Notes under the pieces: model-generated | What the model saw: only the letters and a program-made list of their open reading frames with translations | Told to the model about the DNA's origin: nothing | Databases searched by the model: none | Source: Raillietiella orientalis | Lineage: Eukaryota | Assembly (NCBI GenBank): GCA_036172245.1 | Contig: JAYWIR010000001.1 | Location: 3,410,001 to 3,474,000 of the forward strand | Direction: 5' to 3' | Length of the DNA: 64,000 bases | Shown: positions 39,361-50,842 of the stretch, piece after piece | Layout: the number at the start of each line of letters is the position of its first letter | Numbering within the stretch: the stretch's first letter is position 1 | Program-made: the position numbers and the translations under genes

Positions 39361-41437
39361 TTTTGAAAGCGCGCGAGAACAAAGAATGGTCTATCCATTC
39401 CTTTTGCCTTTATGCGCTTGCTGGCTGTGCATTACTGAAGAGACTCTCAGTTGGCTGCACGTGTTTCCTGTGTTTTCATTACAGTGGTATTGTGCACCGG
39501 TGCAACTGTGTTTTCCTTAACGGACTTTGCGCGCGAGGGAGGGAAGTTCCGATTTCTTTCTTCCTTTTGATTTTCCAGTCGCCTGTTGCTGGAATTAGAC
39601 GGTCACCTGGACATCGAAGGCATGCGATCCTGACGAGTAGAAAAGAGAGATTCGGGTGGCAGTGTCGATCATCTCCCGGATGCTCCGAGGCGATTATTTC
39701 ACATAAAAAGATAAACATTTCCGATCTCTGTGGTTGGACCAACCACGTGCATGTTAACGAGAAGCTGCCGCGTCACCTGTGCGCAGACCGGTGAGGTCCT
39801 CCACGGCAGAAGAGAGGAGGGATAGAAGAAAAGAAAAAAGGGAAACAAAAATCAAAATAAAGAAACAAATTTCCGGGGTGCGCGGAGGGATCACTTTCTG
39901 CTGAGGGCGGCCACCGTATCCTTTCGAGGATGCCGGCAAGCTCTTGCTGCACGCAGTGCTTCAGTTTGGTTGCCATCTCGTTGCCATCCTTGCGAAGCGG
40001 ACGGCGAAGGGACATCTCTGTGCCCTCCTCTTGAGTGACTTTAGGCAGCTGCAATCCCGCGTAGGCAACGGAGAGCTGCCCACGATGGGCGCAAAATTAC
40101 CCTGCGGGCCGAAAGGCGTCACGAATGAAGAGGGGCTTCCGAGAGTGCCTGTAATTGCCGCCGGGCGTTCCTAGGGTCGCGGGGAAACTGCTCGGTGGCA
40201 AACTCTCCCCGCTTCGGTCTCCTCTTCTCCCCTTTGTCCCTTGCGCCGCCCTTCCGGATACGAAGACAGTACCGAACGGTAACACGAGATTGTCCTGTTC
40301 CCTGTTCAGCTCTAGCTCCTTCCACCTTCTCTCCTCCTGATCTCCGCTCACTTCCAAGTGGAAGATTTTGGACTCTCGAGCGAGGAAGTCCGATACCCCT
40401 TTGTCGAGGTCGAAAGGCACGAAAAAAAAAAGGGCACGGCCTACCGGACGCGGGCACCTCCGGTGTGTCCGGTCGAAAAGCGAACGTACGGATCGACGCT
40501 TCGATGCGGAAAACCTCCCTCCTTTCTTGTTGCCGAGCTCGCCCAGAGGGCCATGCAGGTCGGCCCTCCTTCCCAACACTGGCCTTCGAGCTGCCGCGTC
40601 CCGCTGCCGGATCTCCTGCGGGCTCGCAAACCAGGCGGCGGCGGCGTCCGCCATGCAGCCGATTTCCGTTCGTTCGGTTCGTTTCGCTGGTGGATCGTCG
40701 TCTCTCGTGTCCGTCCGACCGCGGCACCAGCCGACCGAGAAGGCATGCGCTGCCGTCGGCCAGCGCGTGATGTTCCGGGGACTGCGCGACTCCAAACCGT
40801 TTCCGCGATTTCTGGTCAGGAAGCGGACTCTGTGCCTCTCCCCGAACCCCTGCCTGCCTTCTCCCCATAGGAAAGCGTGCCGTTCGGTTTGGTGCGCGAA
40901 TGAGGGAAGTTGCGTGGCCGAAGCGTCGCGCGGTCCGCGTTCTGCGGTTCTGCCGCGTGGGCGGTTTGGCTCTCTTCTTCGGACGGCTGAGCGATTGGGG
41001 ACCGGACGGGTGGCAGTGCGCCGCACGGTCCTGCAATCAGCAGACGCCTTCCTCGGGCTGCGGAATGCCTGCGGAGGAGAGTGCGTTTTGCGGGACCCAC
41101 CGGAAGGGAAGGCGAGCAGGCGCGGCTTTCGGTAACTGTTCCCGCGAGAATCGCGGGATGGTAAGAATGCGCGATGCCCCGGAGGATGGGCAAGAACGTG
41201 CTTTCTGCGTGCGAGCAGAAAGAAGGTGCGGTGGGGCGCAGGCAAGTGTCGGGCTGCTCGGTCGTCGTCCTGACCCGGGACGAACGCGCGCGTCATCGGG
41301 AAAGTGCGGCCTGTGCGCGCTCGTCACGATGAGGACGGCGGTCGCAAGGTGACGACGCGGAGATGTTCCGCGTGCGCCGCAACAATTGTCCATCGCCTTA
41401 GTGAATGGAAAAGCAAATCCATCGAGTTCCGGATTCG

Positions 41438-41451
41438 GTTGCTATGAGAAC
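41438..41451 (+). promoter_or_regulatory. RFX X-box (GTTGCTATGAGAAC) upstream of coiled-coil gene copy B
   Basis: Fits the degenerate X-box consensus RYYNYY-N(1-3)-RRNRAC (GTTGCT-AT-GAGAAC) and ends 95 bp before the predicted ATG at 41546. Confidence 0.55.
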
Positions 41452-41545
41452 TTTTCGGAAGGTCGCAGGTTGGGTGCTGTGACTTTGTTTGGTGCCAAAT
41501 TTGCCGACTGCGTTGATTGATCTGCTCGTGTTGCCGGAGGGAAAC

Positions 41546-44500
41546 ATGGAGGAAAGCGCGGAAAAGGGCACCATGGTGAGCTGCTCCGGATTCGTCGGTC
41601 GCTTGCATCGCTAGCACTCGCACGCACCCTTCCTTTTTTTCGTCTGGTTCCTAGGGTCGGACGAAATGCCCGCGGCCATCTCCCTTGCCTCGGCGCGAGG
41701 CTGGCTCCAGGAAACGGATCCGGAAACCGAAGTTGCCGCCGAGGTCGCCGTATGCGCGCGCGCACGCGAGCGCGGATGGCTGCGGCGGCCATCGGCGCCG
41801 TTGCAGCTCCGTCGCGTCGCGTGGAGGGCACGTCGCGGTGAGCGCGCCCCTTGAGGAGAAGTGTTGGATCGCTGCAGCGGGATGAGAGAAAGGGAGAGGG
41901 TTCACGGCCACCTGGACACCCTTTGTTTCCAGGGGATCGACTACGCGGCAACCGACAGAGGTGGCCGTCATCAGGGCCGGAACACACGGGTAAGGAAGAA
42001 GCAGGCAGGCAGGCAGGGACTGGGGTCTGCTGCCGCCTCCGCTGACTCGTAACGCGGGAAACGGCAGGAGGAACGGGGACGCGTCCGCTTCCGAGAGACG
42101 GAGGAGGGGCCGTTGTGCGCTTCAGGTGTCGGAGTTGCAAGCCACGTGGTTGGGAGACGCGCGCGGGCTCCACCTTTCGGGACTTTTCTATCCCGCTTGC
42201 GCGGTCCAGCGAAACTGGGCGGCCCTGCGGGAACCGGCGCGACTCTCAGCAGGCCCACCGTCCGCCGGAAGGCTCCGGCGAGCGAGCCGACCCGTCCGGG
42301 AAGCGAGTGGGCGCAGAACTGGGATCCGGGTGCGGACAGTGCGGAGAGGCTTTGGTTCGCGAGCGCGGCGACGGGATTTTCAGGCGACGATGGAGCGTGG
42401 AGATGGCGGCCAGCCACCGCGGGCTGGGAGGAGTTGCCACGGCCAACCGGTTTCTCCCTGGTGCTTAGAATGTGGAAGAGGAAAGGGGAAACGCGGAGAG
42501 AGACAAAGCGGGAGGCGCGTATCCTTTGGACGACCACCCGTCTTACCCGTGCTCGGAGGTGAACGCGGCGTCCCAAGTGTGCACCAACGTGTTCTTCGTG
42601 GAAGCGTCCTCTCCGTCCGCATCCTCCTGCTGCCCGAGCGCGGAGTTTGCCACCAGGAAGGACTACTGCGACGTGAGTGCAGCGCGGGTCCAGCGCATGG
42701 TTCGCGGCGAGGCGGATTTCGCGCACGGTCCCCTCCGGGTGGCACGGGGGGTGCGGAAGACGCGGCGCTGCTGCGGGAGCTAAACGGGCAGACGCGCGGC
42801 AGGTGGGTGTCGGCGGCGCTCGGAGCAGAGGTGCGTACGCCCTCGCGGGGGAATCGTCGAAGACGACGGCGGACGGGTAAGGAGGAAGGGAAGAGGAGGG
42901 ACCTTTGCAGCGTTTATGGAAGGTGCGCGCTGCTTCCGGAGAGAGGGACAGGAAGGAGGGACCTGCCTGTTGGCCGGCGGCAGTGGCAGCAGCTGCGAAG
43001 TCCCCCCGTCGGGTCGTGCAGCAGCTGCCGGCAAAGCTCGCGTGCCTCGCTCTCGCACGCGGCACGGGCGGACTCTGCCACTGCAGACGACTGCCAGCCG
43101 TCGTGCCAGACGGCTCCATGGCGTACGCCTGGCGGATTCGCTGTTCGCTGCCCTTCCGGGGGGCGTCGGGTGCGCAGGGAAGGGCGAAGCGTGTGTGCCT
43201 CGTGCCGAGCCGACCACGCTCTCGCAGCGTTCTGCTCTTCCGCCGGGGAGGCGCCCGCATTCCCTTCGTACCCGGGTGGTAATCCCCACCCCCGCTCCAC
43301 TGCATGCCCACTGCCTAGCGGCGTTTCTTTCGCCCACCTTTTCCGAGGACGACGCGTTCGTCCGCGTGCGTGCTCGGAAAGATTCCGGCGCCTTGCTGCT
43401 GGGTACGCCTGGAGGCGGACGCGTATCGAGCGCTGCGGTGGCGTCGGGAAGCGCTCCGACGCGCCGCGGATGCAGGGATGAAGTGCTGGATGTCCGCAGG
43501 AAGGGTTGGCGGCTGCGTGCGTGGGGCGTCGTTCGTCGGAGAGGGTGCCCGCACCGTCCGCAAGCCGTTTCCGAGGTAGCGGCGACGACGAGCGTCGGAA
43601 TGCTGGCCAGCGGACCCGTGGCTCGGCGATGGGAGGGATTCTGTGGAGGGGAAATGGGGCGATTGCAGGGCGCCTCTTCGGTGCCGTTTGGCTGGAAGCG
43701 GACGTGCGCCGGTGGTTCTGCGCTGCCCGCTTGCAGGGAGGGTGCCGCGATGCGCCGGATTGTTTGCCGCTGGCTGGTGGTTCGCGGGCGCGCCCGGGGT
43801 AGGAAAGGGGAGGTGGAACGGCGGGTAGTTTGGTGTGGATGGACCCTGACGGGGGCGTGCGCGCCCCCGACAGAAGCTGTCGAGGATCCGCGAGGTGGAG
43901 GACCTGGTGAGGAAGATCACCGAGAAGGAGCTGGAGCTGCGCGGCGTGGAGGAGCAGAAGCAGAGGTACCAGGCCGACCTGGACTCGGCGAAGGAGGAGA
44001 TGCTGCAGCTGAGGAACAAGCTGGGGTCGCTGAAGTCGTGGAAGGACGAGCTGGCGTGCATCCAGGAGGAGAAGCGGGAGATGCGTAAGCGCCTGGAGGA
44101 GCTGCAGCGGCAGTCTCAGGAGGCGGAGAAGAAGTGCACGGCGGAGGAGGGCGCGCTGTCGGCGCTGCGGGACGAGGAGTCGCACCTGCGGGCGGAGCTG
44201 CAGCGCGAGGTGGCCTCGAGGCAGAAGCTGGAGGAGGAGGTGAGGCAGGCGGAGGAGGAGAGCTGCCGGCTGGAGCAGGAGGTGTCGTCGACGCTGGACA
44301 GGCTGTCGCAGAAGAAGGGCGACCTGGTGACGGAGAGCGAGCGCAGCGCGGCCCTGGAGGCGGAGATCTCCGAGTGCCAGCGGGAGGTGTCGAAGGCGTA
44401 CGCGCGCATCCAGGAGCTGCAGGCGAAGATCGCGAGGGAGAAGGGTCACCTGGAGGAGGTGGAGGACGCGCTGCAGAAGGAGATCCTGCTGTCGAGCCAG

Positions 44501-47500
44501 CTGAAGAACGAGAGGGACAGCATGGAGATGGACCACGAGAAGAGGATGCAGGACCTGAAGGAGGAGCTCCAGTCGAAGGAGAACCTGAACGCGCAGCTGG
44601 AGAAGGAGGTGGATCGTCTGCGGTCGGAGGTGAGAGGAGTGCGCATGCGCCGGGAGGTGCGCGAACGGCGCGCGTGCGTTCCAGGAGCAGGAGAAGGAGC
44701 GCCTGCTGGAAGAGGCCGAGTCGCGGCTGAAGGACAAGCGGATCCAGCTGAAGGAGACTGAGGGGATAATCCGGGAGCTGGAGCAGGAGATCTCGGACCT
44801 GGAGAGGGAGAACGAGAGCGGCGCGCACGAGAGGAACCGGCTGGAGTGCGAGGCCAAGGAGCTGCAGTGCCGGGTGGACGAGCTGACGGCGCAGGTGGAG
44901 CGGGCGAGGCGGGAGGTGGAGGAGGCGACCGCGGAGCTGGAGGCGGCCCGTTCTCACGGCGAGCGCGTGCTGGGCGGCCTGCAGGGCGAGCTGACGAGCG
45001 AGAAGAGCGCGCTGCAGGAGCTGCAGAAGGAGGTGGAGTCGCTGACGGAGAAGGTGAGGAAGAAGGGTGTATGTGTGTGTGTGTGGTGGTGGTGGTGGTG
45101 GTGGTGGTGGTGGGGAGGCTGGCGTGAGGCGTCCCCGAGACGGGCGGATGGCCCGGGGCCGCTCCTTGCCTTGCAAATCGCTCCTTCGCGTCCTCTGTGA
45201 CGCTTGAGCATGGCTCCGGTCTCCAGGTGAAGCAGTCGGAAGGGGAGGTGTCGGCGGCGGAGGCGGAGCTGGAGGGCCTGACCAAGCAGCTGGACGCGGC
45301 GAGCCTGGAGGCGGCCGAGCTGGAGGAGAAGATCAACGCGCAGCTAGCCGAGAAGGCGCGCCTGCAGTGCGAGACGGAGAGGCTGCAGCGGGCGGCGGAG
45401 GAACCGCGGAGCGAGGCGGAGCGGCTGGAGAAGGAGGTGGCGAGACAGCAGCAGCAGATCGAGGAGGAGGAGGGTGCGCTGAAGAGCGCGGAGGAGGAGG
45501 AGGAGCGGAGGAGGGCGCTGGAAGGGGAGTCGATCGGCGAGGCGCGAAGGCTGCTGCGGGAGGAAGAAGGTCGGCTTCAGGAGGCGGAGGGTCGGCTGCA
45601 GGAGGCGGAGGAACGGCTGCGGGAGGTGGAGGCGGACACGCGGGCGAAGAGCGCGGCGCTGCAGGCGGCCAAGCAGCAGGTCCTGTGGCTGCGGGACAAG
45701 GCCGAGTCGACGAAGCGGGCCGAGGAAGCGCTGCGGACGCGCGTCGAGGCCGAGGAGAGCGACCTGCAGGCGCTCGAGGACCGCGACAGGAAGGAAAAGG
45801 AGGAGTACGACGCGCTGGTGGGCAGGTACCAGGAGGAGAAGTCGCAGGCGGACGCCCTGCGGGAGGAGCTGCGGTGCCTGCTGGAGAGGGAGGAGGAGCT
45901 GAAGGCGCAGGTGCGCGACGCCAAGGCCGCCATGGAGCGGTTCCTGCAGGAGGAGGCGGACAAACGTGCGGAAGGCCTCGGCCGGTTGGAGGCCTCCAAG
46001 GCGCAGGTGAGTTGTTGCGCGGGGGCCCTGGGCGCAGGTCCTCGTCCGGGGATTCTCTCCCGGAGAAGGAGCGAATGAGGTGCGGCTGCGTTGCACGGGG
46101 TCCTCCCGGACAGACAGGACACCCGCCGCGCGCGCGGCAGAATGTCCCGGAAGGTTGTTCCGCGCAGCCGCCCCGCCGGCAGGAGCGCTGCACCGTGGGC
46201 TTCCGCAGCGCGCCGCCGCGTCGTGGGAAGGACTTGCTCGCTGTCGCTCCTCCTCCTCCTTGCGCGGCGGAGTCTTCCTGGCGTCGGGCTGGTCCGTTCC
46301 CTTCCGGGACGCTGACCTCCGCGCCGCTCTGCGCGCCGCGGGGGGGGCCGCGCGAGGCGCTTGCCGGATGCGCGCGCGGCCGCCTCGACGCGAGGCCGTC
46401 GGGCCGGTCTGGTGGAAACGGCAGCGCCGAAGGCGGACGGTACGCGAAGCTCTCTGCGCCGCGTGCGCGCACGCGCGTCTGCCAGGGCGGGGCCGCGCCT
46501 CTCGCCCTGACGTACGCCTCCCGCCCCGAACGGGGCCGGTTCCGGTTCGGCGCGCGCGCGACCCGCTGGGTCCGGGAGCGGCAGAAGGAGGTCACCCGAA
46601 AGGTCGGCCGGTCCCGGAGCGGACACCGCGGAAGCGTCCTGTCGAGGAGGGAGAGAGAAAGGCGGAGCGGTGGCGGCGGCGGCGCGACCCGCAACGCAGC
46701 GCAGCGCTCCTGTGCAGCAGGCTCCCTTCCCGCGTCCTGTTCCCGCGGGACGCTGCGCGGCGTGGGCGTCGCGGACAGCAGCGCCTCTCCCGGCGGGCGA
46801 CTGCGCTGCGCCGACCATCGTTTGCTTGTTTGCGCGGGGTAGGCAGGCTCTGCGACCAGGACCGCCGCCCAGGCCGAGGCCACGCGGTGCGGACGAAGAG
46901 CAGTGTTGGATGCCGGCAGGGAAGGAGGGGAAGGGGATCACGGGTGGCGGATGGCAGCGTGCGCGGCGGGACGGGGACGGTCCGTGGCCTCCGAGGGTGC
47001 CGGTGCCGCGAGCTTCCGCGCCCGCGGCGGACGCCGCCGCAGGTTCGCCTCCTCGTGCGGAGTCGCTCCGCTCTGCCTTGTCTCGGAGCGAGCTGAACGA
47101 TCGCCGCCAGCGGGAGCCCTCGGGGAGCGAAGGCGTCCCGCGGAGCAGAGTCGGTTGCCCGGAGGACGCCTTCCGGACCCGACAGGGCGACTTTCGCCCT
47201 GGGCATACGGGGGAGCAGGCGGTTGCTAACGGGAAGCTCCGTGAAAGGATGGGGGGTGGGGGGGTGGAATCGCTTGCCTGGCCTTTGACCTACTGGCGCG
47301 CGAGCCGGAAGGAGGCGTGGAGGACGAGGGCAACCCCGTCGCGCGGATCGACGTGGCCGTCCAGCGAAAGGCGCCGGGAGAACGAGCGAGCGCCTGCGCT
47401 TCCCTCCCCTTCCTTGCTGCCCTTCGCGCGCGCCGGTATCGATGCGGCCCGCTGCGAGTAGTGGGCGACCGAGCTCCGCTGACCTCTCCTTCCCGCAGTT

Positions 47501-47849
47501 CCGCAACGAGTTCGAGACGATGCTGCGGTCCGAGAAGGACAGGAACGACGCCCTGGAGAAGCAGATCCGGATGAACCTGGCAGCCCTGCATTCGATCGCC
47601 GACAGCGCGTGCGGCGCGGCCACGCCCGTCGCTGGCGTGGAGCTGAGCGCGGTGTCGCCGGTGGGGCAGGCCTACAGCTCTTGCCTGACGTTGCCGGGCA
47701 ACGGCATGAGGTCGCGCCCGACCTTGGGCAGCTCGTTCAGGGAGCCCTGCCCCCACCCGTACGCGTTCGGGTCGGGACCGCGGAGGTCCAGCAGCGGCTC
47801 CAGGGACTCCCGCTGCGCTCCCATCTCCCGCTGCCACCTGCGCTGCTAG
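41546..47849 (+). CDS. Long coiled-coil protein, ~848 aa, copy B. Predicted exons 41546-41575, 41933-41989, 42469-42672, 43874-44629, 44685-45053, 45227-46006, 47499-47849
   Basis: Exons 4-6 encode E/K/R/L/Q-rich heptad sequence (KLSRIREVEDLVRKITEKELEL...; EQEKERLLEEAESRL...; VKQSEGEVSAAEAELEG...) with strongly biased GAG/AAG/CTG codons. Every junction is GT..AG and joins in phase 0 (donors gtgagc, gtaagg, gtgagt, gtgaga, gtgagg, gtgagt). Start is aaacATGG (MEESAEKGTM) with an in-frame TGA at 41480; stop is TAG at 47847-47849. Exons 4-7 are secure; exons 1-3 are less certain. Confidence 0.82.
45070..45112. repeat. (GT)n(GGT)n microsatellite in intron 5 of copy B
   Basis: Direct reading; same length as its mirror copy. 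Confidence 0.9.
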
Positions 47850-49321
47850 CTGGAGAGCGAAGAAAGAAGCGAACGGATCCACGGATAGACGGATGGAATT
47901 CACTTGGGATCCTCGCCGAGGTGGTAGTGGGAGGGGGTGGGGGTGGGGGTGGGGGTGGCGGCGCGTTTCCTGCGGTCGAGTGGGGCGGTCAGCGCTCCGA
48001 AGGGTCACCGGACACTGTGGGCGTTTGGTTGTTGCGTTTAGGAAAGAGTACGCCGTCCACGGGGCGCGGGGTGCGTCTCTGCCGCAGCGGACGGAAGGGA
48101 AACCGGCTGCTGGGAGTGCTCGCTGGCCGTGCGTGTGCCACCCACGCAGTGCCCGCCGTCGGCAGGACGGCTCGCCCATGGGTGGAGGATCGGCGCTGGG
48201 GAAGAGGAAATCGGACAGGCAGCTCGGTTCACCCTTCGCCTGCTGGGAAGGCCAAAGTGCGCCCGCAGGGTCTGGCGCTGACTTTGCGTTTGCCGGGCGG
48301 GTCGGGGTCGCCGCGTTCACGCAGGTGGTTCGCTGCCGCGGCCCGATGCGAAGAGCCCGCGCGTGCGCCCGGGCGGGGTTTCGCCGATCGCAGGGTGCTG
48401 CCCGCTCGGGCGTCGTGGCATGTATCCTCGGGCCAGCGCGTCGCCCGTGCTGTCCGGCGGATGGGCTCGCCTCCTGGAGCTGGCGCACCGGTGGACGGGC
48501 AGCGCCGGAAGAGAAGACTGGAAGAGAGGGCTGGTTTCGTTTCCTCGGCCATCCAACTGGAAGCTGCGGGCGGCCACCGTGCTGACGATGATGCGCTGGT
48601 TTTCGAGGCAGTGACCGAAAGGGCCCCCTCGAACGCTCTTTCGTGCGGCCACTGGTGGTGGTTGGTTTCTTGCGGAGAACATCCGAGGAGCGGAAGTACA
48701 CCGCGACGTGCGCATCGTGGCACTGACACCGCTACACCGCACGCGGAGCGCACGCCTGAGTGCGTGCAAACGCCGAGCAGCCAACGTCCAGAGGGACGAA
48801 GGACAGACAGGCAGGTGTCGGGTGACTGACTGTCCGTCGGTGGTGCCGGCTGCGAAAGAGAAGGCGAAGAGAAGCCAGGACTGAATCCAAGAGACGGAGG
48901 AACTCTTTGGCCACTTTTGGAGCGGTTAGTCGTTTTGGGAACGTAGGAGCAGGTGGCTTGCGAGTGCGCGTTTGGCTTTCTTCGGAAAAGAGGCCGAGGT
49001 TCCCTCCACGTGCGAAGGTCCCCTTGGGAAGAGGTCGCGGAGAACCGGGGTAGAAAGTGCAGGGCTCCCGCGTGGCAATCTCGCTGCTACGCCTGCGTTT
49101 TCGTGGGTCAGTAGTGCTGCTTCATGGAGGACTTTTGGATGCACCGTTCCCCTCGTAAACGCGCCTTCGCAGCGCTTTCCTGCTTGCGGCAAGCACCCGC
49201 GTTCAACGCGTCCTTTGTGGCCTTCAGGCAGAGGAAGAGGGCTGCGAGGAAGACGGGAACGGAGGCCTGCGGCACGTCGTGGGAGGGTTCTCCTGGAACG
49301 TTGGTCGTCGTGGAAAAGAAG

Positions 49322-50842
49322 CCCTGCATCTTTCGAGAAGGGGATGTTCTGCTGGTCGAGGTGCCATCTCACGTGGGAGAATCGAAGATCGGCTCGAGCG
49401 TCGCGCTCTTGCTCAGACACTCTCTCGCGCGTCGTGAAAGAAAGAGAGGAGGGAGGAAGAGGAAAGGAGCAGCGGAAACTTAGGAAACGAGCGGTTCCTG
49501 CTGATTTTGCGATGGGCGCTCCGCCCGCTACTCTTCCTGCGTCAGTCCGGTGCTGCGTCAGAGATGCCGGAAAGACTTCGGCGCCACACCTCGCCTCCCG
49601 TGGGGTTGGAAAGGACACTTGCGTGGTGTTGCACCCCGTGCTCCCACCCTACCACGAAGGCTCTGTCAGCGTGCTGCGCAAGCTGCTTGCGACCCTGAAA
49701 GTGGGAACTCGCCCGCTTTCAGCTGGCGGCCTTTCTTTCCCTCCGACCTGGAAGGAATTCCGATTCTGGAAGGCTAACAGCTGGAGGATTTGGCACGCGG
49801 TCTCGCAGTGTGTTGGTTGGGTGGCGCAGCGAGTGGCTCAGCACAGTGGGCTGGAGAATTCCGCCCCGTTGCGCAGAGGCGCTTGTCCGGGAGATGCGGA
49901 AGTCGGCGGGCCGAGTGCGATGGGCATCCCGAATGCCCAAGCGGACGAACCTCCGCTTCCTTGGTTGTGCTTCGTGTGTTTTGGCCTGCATGGGCGCGCA
50001 GCTGCGCGAGGGGCGCAAACTTGAGGGACGCATGGGTGGCTCGCTCCGCTGACGTGGTACTTGGGTTCTTCGTAGCTGAGTGGCGTTCGTGGCAGGAGCA
50101 GGAGTCTTGTTCCGGAACCCGGTGTCGAAGAATGGGGGTCCTGCATGTGGAATAATGGAAGGAGACTCCGGTTGCCTTCTTTGTCAGCGGTATGATGGGT
50201 GTTTGGGAGCCAGTGGAAGGAAGGATGGGGAGTGTCCTCTCGGTGTTTCCATGGGAAACGAAGGAGCGTGAGTTCTTCTGGTGGCTGTGGATGGACCGAA
50301 CGTTTCCAACCGGGACACGGCGTTTGCGTGCTTCCCTGCATCTTTCTGCCACCTACCAGAGTGAAAACACTACTTGTGTAAATGGCAAGAGTGAATGTAG
50401 GTCGCATGTGTCCTGTGTGGCAGCATGGTGCAGCTGAAGTGCCTCAGGGTTGCGCTGTGCATGTTTGAAGTGGACTCCTCCGTTGCGCGACGGGAGGTCT
50501 CCGTCCTGAGCCGAAAGTTACGGTTCGTGTGCACATCTTCGAGCCATTGACCCTCGAGCAGCTTCCTTAAGGTAACCTCCAGAGACCCGAGAACTTTGCA
50601 AACGTTTGTTTCAACGTTTCTGGGCAAGGGGAAGCTGGATCTGTTCCCCGAAGTGTTGCCTTGCGTCTGCTGATGGCGATTTTGAAGGCGGAGTCCAGAA
50701 TGGGGAGGTGAGGAGAGTTGTCCTTGTTTCCTGGTCCCTCTCAGGCTCCCTGTTTCGCTTCTCCCCTGAGCCGTGCTGGTGCCGAGGCATGTGGAGAGAT
50801 CCCTGTTCCTGTGCGCTTGCAGTCTGCAGACCGAAGGATCAG
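49322..50842 (-). mobile_element. Mirror copy of the L1/Tx1 remnant, 5'-truncated at the outer border of the right arm
   Basis: Reverse complement of 22980-24500; the RT motifs upstream of 22980 are absent beyond 50842. Confidence 0.55.

Larger units (their letters stand above)
40184..50842. repeat. Right arm of a 10,659-bp inverted repeat (palindrome arm)
   Basis: Reverse complement of 22980-33638. Differences seen only at 48982 (vs 24840) and 46740 (vs 27082); the comparison was not exhaustive. Confidence 0.97.

Noticed and set aside
47750-47775. PYAF in the C-terminal tail, recalling the plant ZYP1 C-terminus (ZYP1a/b are also an inverted pair)
   Set aside because: A four-residue match in an animal-like genome is not evidence of homology; kept only as an architectural analogy.
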